A stretch of DNA of 32,000 nt, from NCBI RefSeq assembly GCF_000219175.1, contig NC_015735.1, positions 240,001-272,000 on the forward strand, read 5' to 3'. The notes under the pieces are model-generated. The model had not been told where the DNA came from. It saw only the letters and a program-made list of their open reading frames with translations, and ran no database searches. The translations under genes and the position numbers were made by a program. The number at the start of each line of letters is the position of its first letter. The stretch's first letter is position 1. This DNA comes from Candidatus Moranella endobia PCIT. GTDB taxonomy: Bacteria > Pseudomonadota > Gammaproteobacteria > Enterobacterales > Enterobacteriaceae. Below are positions 21,316-29,126 of this stretch, one piece after another.

Positions 21316-21830
21316 CACCACTAGCTAAATTGCGAACTGTTGTTCTAAACATTAGAATTGGTGGTGCTGGTATGCGAGGGATCGCAGAATTACTAGTAAA
21401 CTAGTGATATCAAATTATTTGAGCAAATCCAGCACCGAACGCGATGACACAGCTATTGACTAATCTTGTCGTACAAATTTATTTTAACCATCGTCCGTAG
21501 AATCTCCACAATGCGAGTGTGGTGGTGTATAGCACACTATTACCTCGATAACCCAGATTTTGGCTGCTATTATTTGATCAACGTCAATGGTAAAACCGGC
21601 GAAGTAATATTGGTAGCAGTTTTCGGCCACCATCCCACCAAAGTGAAAGCAAAAAATTAAAGCAGCACGCGCCAACTGGCAGGACAGTCTGATACTTCGC
21701 TAACGTTCTGTCATGTGGGTGGTGTGAATCTGTTGATCATGCTGGAAGTTTCTTCTGTCGGCGAAGCAGCGATTCCTGGTGCCGACAGTTACTTGCGCTG
21801 TGCATAAGCATAACTATACGTTGACGTGGT
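21316..21830 (+). pseudogene. murC: murC pseudogene
   Basis: Degraded frames give LAKLRTVVLNIRIGGAGMRGIAELLVN**YQII, TNLVVQIYFNHRP, VAVFGHHPTKVKA and LLIMLEVSSVGEAAIPGADS, matching MurC segments in order. Confidence 0.9.
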
Positions 21831-21879
21831 AAGGGGAATACTATGCAAGTGCAGCAATAAGCATATAGGTCTTAACAGA

Positions 21880-22200
21880 CAAGGATTTAGTGTGAAGCAG
21901 GGGCGCTTGCACCGAAAATTACTCGTAAACTAGCGGATAGTCGGTTGCTGCAGTACGCTGGAACGATGAGGTAAGTTATACATCTGTTGTTTGACGGAAG
22001 TGGCCATTTGTTCAACGTTCCAGCGTCACATAGCTTTGCACGTTCTAGAAGTTTATCCAGTTTGTCGTCTCCAGCAGACTAAGAACGATAAAACTATATC
22101 AGCTGCGTGCGCTATTAATCTGGCTTAGCCAGTGGTTGGGTGACGGTTGATATCGAGCCGACAAATTCATTAGCAACAGAAGTTGGTATAGGCATAACAA
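21880..22200 (+). pseudogene. ftsQ: ftsQ fossil
   Basis: VRWNDE (cf. ARWNDQ) and LHVLEVYPVCRLQQTKNDKTISAACAINLA*PVVG (cf. [37 protein letters not shown]), directly upstream of ftsA. Confidence 0.6.
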
Positions 22201-22203
22201 TAA

Positions 22204-23457
22204 ATGATCAAGATGATGGATAAAAAATTAGTAGTAGGATTGGAGATTGGCACAGTTAAAGTAGCCGTGCTAGTAGGTGAAGTACTTGCTGATGGTCTGA
22301 TGAATATTATCGGTGTCGGTAGTTGCCCATCTCGCGGCATGGACAAAGGTGGCGTTAAAGATTTGGAAGCAGTGGGAAAATGCGTGCAACAAGCTATCGA
22401 TCAAGCAGAACTGATGGCAAACTGCCATATTTCATCAGTGTATCTTGCTCTATCTGGCAAACAGATTAGCTGCCAAAATGAAATAGGTATAGTACCTATT
22501 TCCGCAGCAGAAGTAACGCAAGAAGATGTAGAAAATGTGGTGCATACTGCTAAATCCGTACGAGTACGCGACGAGCACCGTATATTGCATGTAATTCCAC
22601 AGGATTACGAGATTGATTACCAAGAAGGAATAAAAAACCCCGTTGGTTTGTCAGGAGTACGAATGCAAGCCAAAGTTCACCTGATTACCTGTCATCAGGA
22701 TATGGCCAATAACATTATTAAAGCAGTGGAAAGTTGTGGGCTAACAGTTGACCAATTAATCTTTGCCGGTTTAGCATCAAGCTATGCGGTATTGACAGAA
22801 GATGAACGTGAATTGGGTGTATGCTTCGTGGATATAGGCGGTGGCACTATGGACATAACTGTATATACAGCCGGCGCGCTCCGCCACACGCGCGTAATTC
22901 CCTACGCCGGTAACTTGGTTACTAACGACATTGCTTATGCCTTTGGCACGTTGCCAATCGACGCTGAAGCAATTAAGGTTAATTACGGCTGCGCGTTGGG
23001 ATCAGTTATCAATAATAACGAAAGCGTTGAAGTACCGAGTATCGGCGGACGACCGCCACGTAGCCTCCAGCGCCATACTCTGGCTGAGGTAATTGAGCCG
23101 CGTTATACCGAGCTGTTGAATCTAGTGAATGAGGAAATTTTGCAACTGCAGAGGCAGTTGCGTGCACAGGGAGTCAAGCACCATCTAGCAGCTGGCATTG
23201 TGCTTACCGGAGGTGCGGCGCAAATCGACGGCCTGGTAGACTGCGCACAGCAAGTATTCAATCATCAGGTGCGTATTGGCCAGCCGCTAAATATTAGCGG
23301 TATACCGAATTATGCGCAGGAGCCCTATTATTCGACTGCCATTGGGTTAATGCATTACGGTCAAGATTCATTAAATGGTAAATTGGAGATAGGAAAAAGA
23401 ACGTCGGTTAGCAAATGGTTTAAACGTTTCAGTGAATGGCTACGCAAAGAATTTTAA
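22204..23457 (+). CDS. ftsA: cell division protein FtsA
   Basis: KLVVGLEIGTVKVAVLVGEVL..., FVDIGGGTMDITVYTAGALRHT, C-terminal FSEWLRKEF membrane helix. Confidence 0.98.
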   Translation: MIKMMDKKLVVGLEIGTVKVAVLVGEVLADGLMNIIGVGSCPSRGMDKGGVKDLEAVGKCVQQAIDQAELMANCHISSVYLALSGKQISCQNEIGIVPISAAEVTQEDVENVVHTAKSVRVRDEHRILHVIPQDYEIDYQEGIKNPVGLSGVRMQAKVHLITCHQDMANNIIKAVESCGLTVDQLIFAGLASSYAVLTEDERELGVCFVDIGGGTMDITVYTAGALRHTRVIPYAGNLVTNDIAYAFGTLPIDAEAIKVNYGCALGSVINNNESVEVPSIGGRPPRSLQRHTLAEVIEPRYTELLNLVNEEILQLQRQLRAQGVKHHLAAGIVLTGGAAQIDGLVDCAQQVFNHQVRIGQPLNISGIPNYAQEPYYSTAIGLMHYGQDSLNGKLEIGKRTSVSKWFKRFSEWLRKEF

Positions 23458-23535
23458 TGATGGTCAAATAATACAATACTAAAACAAGCTGATCTGAAAC
23501 GCTTACGAAGCGCCCGGTCCAACATGGAGAAAATT

Positions 23536-24705
23536 ATGTTTGAACATTTGGAATTAACTAACGATGCTGTTATTAAAGTAATTGGCATCGGAGGTGGCGG
23601 CAGCAACGCTGTCGAGCATATGGTACGCCAGCATATCGAAGGTGTTTGCTTCTTCGCAGTAAATACCGATGCACAAGCATTGCGTCAGACAACTGTTAGC
23701 CAGACCATTCAGATTGGCAGTGGTATTACTAAAGGATTAGGGGCAGGCGCGAATCCCGAAGTTGGCCGCCACTCAGCAGAAGAAGACCGTGAAAAACTTA
23801 GTGATGCCATTGAAGGCGCTGACATGGTGTTTATCGCCGCTGGTATGGGTGGGGGGACCGGTACGGGAGCAGCGCCGGTGGTTGCTGAAGTTGCAAAGGA
23901 TCTGGGTATTCTTACTGTGGCAGTAATAACTAAGCCGTTTCACTTTGAAGGTAAAAAACGTATGGTGTTAGCAGAGCAAGGAATTGATGCCCTCTCTAAG
24001 CATGTTGACTCGCTTATCACTATTCCTAATGATAAGCTGCTGAAAGTCCTGGGTCGCGGTATTTCGCTGCTGGACGCATTCGGCGCTGCCAATGACGTAC
24101 TAAAAGGAGCAGTACAGGGTATTGCTGGGCTTATCACTCGTCCTGGCTTGATGAACGTCGACTTTGCTGACGTTCGTACCGTCATGTCGGAAATGGGCTA
24201 CGCCATAATGGGTTCAGGCGGGGCTTGCGGAGAAGATCGCGCCGAAGAAGCTGCTGACATGGCAATTTCTAGCCCACTGCTGGAAGATATTGATCTATCA
24301 GGCGCTAGAGGAGTCTTGGTGAATATTACTGCCGGCTTCGATCTACGGCTGGAAGAATTTGAGACCGTTGGTAACACTATTCGCGCTTTCGCTTCTGATA
24401 ACGCCACAGTGGTAATAGGTACATCGCTAGATACGGATATGAACAACGAACTTCGCGTTACCGTCGTCGTGACCGGAATCGGCATGGATAACAACTCGGA
24501 CATGACGTTATTAACCAAATTAACCAATAAGCAAAGTAGAAATTCTATCTTAGATAAAAACTACTACGTTCATCCGATAGGTACGTCTTCTATCGCTCAA
24601 AAAAAACAAACATTATCTAATGCGGTCAATGAACAACACTCCCATGGGACGAAAGAACCTGACTATTTGGATATTCCCGCTTTTCTTCGTAAACCGGCAG
24701 ATTAG
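23536..24705 (+). CDS. ftsZ: cell division protein FtsZ (track start 23524; homology start MFEHLELTND)
   Basis: GGGTGTGAAPVVAEVAKDLGILTV tubulin signature; conserved C-terminal peptide EPDYLDIPAFLRK. Confidence 0.99.
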   Translation: MFEHLELTNDAVIKVIGIGGGGSNAVEHMVRQHIEGVCFFAVNTDAQALRQTTVSQTIQIGSGITKGLGAGANPEVGRHSAEEDREKLSDAIEGADMVFIAAGMGGGTGTGAAPVVAEVAKDLGILTVAVITKPFHFEGKKRMVLAEQGIDALSKHVDSLITIPNDKLLKVLGRGISLLDAFGAANDVLKGAVQGIAGLITRPGLMNVDFADVRTVMSEMGYAIMGSGGACGEDRAEEAADMAISSPLLEDIDLSGARGVLVNITAGFDLRLEEFETVGNTIRAFASDNATVVIGTSLDTDMNNELRVTVVVTGIGMDNNSDMTLLTKLTNKQSRNSILDKNYYVHPIGTSSIAQKKQTLSNAVNEQHSHGTKEPDYLDIPAFLRKPAD

Positions 24706-24717
24706 CTCGTTTCAGTA

Positions 24718-25623
24718 GTGATTAAACAGCGCACATTAAAACGTATTGTGCAAGCCACCGGTGTGGGGTTACACACTGGTAAAAAAGTCATCCTGACACT
24801 ACTTCCTGCATCTGCAAATACTGGTGTTATCTATCGTCGAATCGATTTAAACCCACCAGTAGATTTTCTTGCAGACGCACGATTGGTGCGCGAAACTACG
24901 CTGTGCACCTGTTTGGTGAACGAGCATAATGTGTGTATTTCAACCGTTGAGCACTTGAACGCAGCGCTAGCCGGGTTAGGAATCGACAATATCATTGTTG
25001 AAGTAGATGCGCCGGAAATTCCAATCATGGACGGCAGCGCTAGCCCCTTCGTTTGTTTACTACTAGATGTTGGCATTGAGGAGCTAAATTGCGCCAAAAA
25101 GTTTTGGCGGATAAAAAAGCCGGTGCGTGTCGATAATGGGGAAAAATGGGCTCAGCTGACGCCGTATAATGGCTTTACACTAGATTTTACCATCGATTTC
25201 CAACATCCTGTGATTAATGCCAGCTCGCAAAATTATTTTCTAAATTTCTCCACCTATTCTTTCATTCTTCAGATAAGCCGCGCGCGCACTTTCGGTTTTA
25301 TGCGCGATATCGAGTACCTGCAATCTATTGGCCTAGCACTAGGTGGTAGCTTCGATTGCGCGATTGTGGTCGATGAATACCGGGTGCTAAATGATGATGG
25401 TCTGCGCTTTGACGATGAATTTGTGCGTCATAAAATGCTCGATGCCATCGGTGACCTGTTTATGTGTGGCCATAATATCATTGGCGCATTTACCGCCTTC
25501 AAGTCTGGCCATGCTATGAATAACAAGCTGTTACAGGCAGTTTTTGCGAGTAAAGATAACAGTGAACTAGTGACCTTCGAGAACGAGGAGGCATTGCCGA
25601 TGAAGTTCAACTTGACTTACTGA
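24718..25623 (+). CDS. lpxC: UDP-3-O-acyl-N-acetylglucosamine deacetylase
   Basis: [58 protein letters not shown]. Confidence 0.98.
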   Translation: MIKQRTLKRIVQATGVGLHTGKKVILTLLPASANTGVIYRRIDLNPPVDFLADARLVRETTLCTCLVNEHNVCISTVEHLNAALAGLGIDNIIVEVDAPEIPIMDGSASPFVCLLLDVGIEELNCAKKFWRIKKPVRVDNGEKWAQLTPYNGFTLDFTIDFQHPVINASSQNYFLNFSTYSFILQISRARTFGFMRDIEYLQSIGLALGGSFDCAIVVDEYRVLNDDGLRFDDEFVRHKMLDAIGDLFMCGHNIIGAFTAFKSGHAMNNKLLQAVFASKDNSELVTFENEEALPMKFNLTY

Positions 25624-25699
25624 TTTATGTTTATGGGCAGCGTTAGCCGTTAGTTTTCTCGTTCCTATAACTTTAACTGTAGTACTATCGGTACTATCT

Positions 25700-26185
25700 C
25701 TATCCGGCTAGTTTCGCGAGTAGTTCCAGCGTATTTTTTAATTTACCTTCGCTACGTGCAGCCACATGGCGAATAGAAATGGCACTATTTGCGCTCAAAT
25801 AACGTGGTTTTTCAACAAGTTTTTGCGCGTTCAATTCTGGTGTTATTGCTAATCCAGGGTTAATTCTGATGTCGATAGACGACAATGATGGTAGAATTTG
25901 CGCTCTTAACACGGATAATAATTGATATTGTTCATATCGTAATCGTATCTGCCAACTGGCACTGGCAGTTTCTAACACCATTACACCCTGGCGTATATTG
26001 GCAACGCGACACCAGGGACGCAGTGGTACCGGCAGTAGAGCGTTGACCGTACGGTTAAGCTTCAGCAACATAATAGCCCGCTGCTGAATTTGCAATAGGG
26101 ATGATACACGGCTAGTTTCTGTTGTCTCGAGAAACAGGCGGTAGATAGGAAACGGACGACTAGATCGCATAACACAACACTCCAA
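25700..26185 (-). CDS. DUF721 / DciA-like protein between lpxC and secA
   Basis: Core VMVLETASASWQIRLRYEQYQLLSVLRAQILPSLSSIDIRINPGL resembles the DUF721 fold region; position between lpxC and secA matches that of DUF721 genes in related gammaproteobacteria. Confidence 0.75.
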   Translation of the reverse strand: MECCVMRSSRPFPIYRLFLETTETSRVSSLLQIQQRAIMLLKLNRTVNALLPVPLRPWCRVANIRQGVMVLETASASWQIRLRYEQYQLLSVLRAQILPSLSSIDIRINPGLAITPELNAQKLVEKPRYLSANSAISIRHVAARSEGKLKNTLELLAKLAG

Positions 26186-26415
26186 CAGAATATATTATTG
26201 GTAATTAACTTAGTTAACGCCACGTTGGCTAAATTTATTATTTGCCACCTATTAGTGCTTGCTAGATGGCTAATACCATCTGCTGTAGTATCGCTAACCT
26301 GAGCGTAGTGGTATCATTCTGGCGGAGGCGGAACGGCAGGTAATATATAATCGCTCGCGGCCGTCTCGATATTAATTACTGTCGCTGCTATGATTAGATG
26401 TGAATAACAAGAACT

Positions 26416-28977
26416 ATGCTAGCAAAATTACTTACCAAAATATTTGGTAGCCGTAACGATCGTATCATACGTTGTATGAACAAGATAGTGAACGTTATCA
26501 ACCAAATGGAACCTGTGATGGCAACATTACGCAACGAACAGCTTTCGGCTAAAACCGTCGAATTCCGTGAGCGTATAATCAAAGGGGAAACTGACGATAG
26601 TCTTCTGCCGGAAGCATTCGCAGTAGTGCGAGAGGCCAGCAAACGCGTTTTTGGTATGCGTCATTTTGATGTGCAATTGATAGGCGGTATAGTGCTTCAC
26701 AAGTGTTGCATCGCAGAAATGCGTACTGGTGAAGGTAAAACCTTGACTTCAACGTTGCCGGTTTACCTTAACGCCCTAAGCGGTAAAGGTGTGCATGTGG
26801 TTACAGTTAACGATTACCTGGCACAACGCGATGCAGCGAACAACCGTCCATTGTTTGATTTCTTGGGACTGAGTGTCGGAATCAACCTACCTTGTTTGCA
26901 GTTATCTGCCAAACGTGCCGCTTATGCCGCCGATATCACCTATGGTACCAACAACGAATACGGTTTTGATTATCTGCGCGATAATATGGCTTTTACTCAG
27001 GAAGATCGAGTGCAACGTCAATTAAATTACGCGCTGGTAGATGAAGTAGATTCCATACTAATTGATGAAGCCCGCACCCCCTTAATTATATCAGGCCAGG
27101 CGGAAGATAGCTCAGATCTGTATCGACAAGTTGATCAACTTATCCCAAATTTGATTCGCCAAGACAAAGAAGATTCCGATAGTTTTCAGGGAGAAGGTCA
27201 CTTCTCGGTAGATGAGAAATTACGCCAGGTTACCCTGACCGAAAGAGGGTTAGTGTTGATTGAGGAGTTGCTAGTGACAGCTGGTCTCATGAAGGAGGGG
27301 GAAACGCTCTACTCACCAGCTAATATCATTCTAATGCATCATGTTAATGCCGCCCTGAGAGCTCACATGCTATTCGCCCGCGATGTAGATTACATCGTTA
27401 AAGATGGGACCATCATCGTTGTCGATGAACATACCGGACGTACCATGTCAAGTCGCCGATGGTCGGATGGGCTGCACCAAGCTATAGAGGCTAAAGAAAA
27501 CGTGACGATCCAGAATGAAAACCAGACGCTGGCGTCCATTACTTTTCAGAACTACTTCCGCCTTTATGAGAAACTAGCTGGTATGACCGGAACTGCAGAT
27601 ACCGAAGCTTTTGAGTTTCGCTCCATCTATAAACTAGATACTATCGTTGTACCCACCAACCGTCCTATGATCCGTAAGGATTTGGCAGATCTGGTATACC
27701 TAACTGAAAATGAAAAAATCAACGCTATTATAGCGGACATACAATCCTGTACCAAGCGTGGTCAGCCAGTTCTAGTAGGTACCATGTCTATTGAAAAATC
27801 GGAGTTAGTTTCCGGTGATCTGAAGAAAGCCGGTATTCCACATCAAATACTAAACGCCAAATTCCACGCTATGGAGGCAGATATTATCGCCCAGGCTGGC
27901 CAACCTGGTGCGGTAACCATTGCCACCAATATGGCTGGACGCGGTACCGATATCTTGCTTGGCGGCAGTTGGCAGGCGGAAATAGCAGCCCTAGAAACAC
28001 CAGAACAGCATAAAATAGACGCTATTAAGAAAGCTTGGCAGCACCGCCATAAGGCAGTTGTGGCAGCTGGCGGCCTGCATATCATCGGTACCGAACGTCA
28101 TGAAGCACGTCGAATAGATAATCAGTTGCGCGGTCGTTCTGGCCGCCAGGGAGATACTGGTTCATCCCGTTTTTATCTGTCGATGGAAGATACTCTGATG
28201 CGTATTTTCGCGTCAGCTCGATTCTCGAGTATTATGCGAACACTTGGTATTAAACCTGGCGAAGCAATAGAACATCCTTGGGTCAATAAGGCAATTGCTA
28301 ATGCCCAGCGTAAGGTAGAACATCGTAACTTTGATATACGTAAGCAACTATTAGAATATGATGACGTTGCTAACGATCAGCGCCAGGCAATCTACACCCA
28401 GCGCCGCGAACTTCTTGACGTCGTTGATATTAGCGAGACCATCAAAATCATCCGCGCAGATGTGCTGAAAAAAACGTTAGATCACTACATCCCGAATGAC
28501 CTGGAAGAAAAGTGGGATATGCTTAGCTTAGAGAAGTGCTTGCAGGATGATTTTGATTTAAATATACCTATTGCCAAATATTTGGAAAATGAGCTGTACC
28601 AGCATACAGGTACACTGGGCGAGTACGTGCTTGAGCATCTTATGGTGCAGTATCAACTGAAGGAAGAGATCGTTGGTAGCAACATCATGCGTAATTTCGA
28701 GAAGAGCGTTATGTTGCAAACACTAGATTCACTGTGGAAAGAACATCTAGCAGCAATGGAATACTTGCGTCAGGGCATCCATCTACGCGGCTATGCGCAA
28801 ATAGATCCGAAACAAGAATACAAGCGCGAAGCTTTTACAATGTTCGCCAATATGCTGGAATTGCTGAAATATGAAGTGATCAGCACCCTAAGCAAGGTAC
28901 AGGTGCGCCGGCCGGAAGATGCAGTTGCACTCAGCAACTGTGCAAAAGAGGATGAAAGGCTATACAGCCGCAGCTAA
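26416..28977 (+). CDS. secA: protein translocase ATPase SecA, C-terminally truncated (853 aa)
   Basis: [56 protein letters not shown]; ORF stops shortly after [15 protein letters not shown], before the SEC-C motif. Confidence 0.97.
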   Translation: MLAKLLTKIFGSRNDRIIRCMNKIVNVINQMEPVMATLRNEQLSAKTVEFRERIIKGETDDSLLPEAFAVVREASKRVFGMRHFDVQLIGGIVLHKCCIAEMRTGEGKTLTSTLPVYLNALSGKGVHVVTVNDYLAQRDAANNRPLFDFLGLSVGINLPCLQLSAKRAAYAADITYGTNNEYGFDYLRDNMAFTQEDRVQRQLNYALVDEVDSILIDEARTPLIISGQAEDSSDLYRQVDQLIPNLIRQDKEDSDSFQGEGHFSVDEKLRQVTLTERGLVLIEELLVTAGLMKEGETLYSPANIILMHHVNAALRAHMLFARDVDYIVKDGTIIVVDEHTGRTMSSRRWSDGLHQAIEAKENVTIQNENQTLASITFQNYFRLYEKLAGMTGTADTEAFEFRSIYKLDTIVVPTNRPMIRKDLADLVYLTENEKINAIIADIQSCTKRGQPVLVGTMSIEKSELVSGDLKKAGIPHQILNAKFHAMEADIIAQAGQPGAVTIATNMAGRGTDILLGGSWQAEIAALETPEQHKIDAIKKAWQHRHKAVVAAGGLHIIGTERHEARRIDNQLRGRSGRQGDTGSSRFYLSMEDTLMRIFASARFSSIMRTLGIKPGEAIEHPWVNKAIANAQRKVEHRNFDIRKQLLEYDDVANDQRQAIYTQRRELLDVVDISETIKIIRADVLKKTLDHYIPNDLEEKWDMLSLEKCLQDDFDLNIPIAKYLENELYQHTGTLGEYVLEHLMVQYQLKEEIVGSNIMRNFEKSVMLQTLDSLWKEHLAAMEYLRQGIHLRGYAQIDPKQEYKREAFTMFANMLELLKYEVISTLSKVQVRRPEDAVALSNCAKEDERLYSRS

Positions 28978-29126
28978 GCAAAAATGCAAAGGTAGAAGAA
29001 CTAACTCTAGTTGTAGGAGGACAGCCAGCCGCATATTTTGGCGCAATAAACCTTTTTTTTACTGTTACCCAAAATTTGGCACTGTGGCTGGCGGCACAGT
29101 GCAAGTGCAATTGTGCCTATACCCCA

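Noticed and set aside
21466-21660. 64-aa ORF between murG and ftsA as a possible novel protein
   Set aside because: Its tail VFGHHPTKVKAKN corresponds to the MurC DDYGHHPTEVDATIK block; it is a pseudogene fragment.
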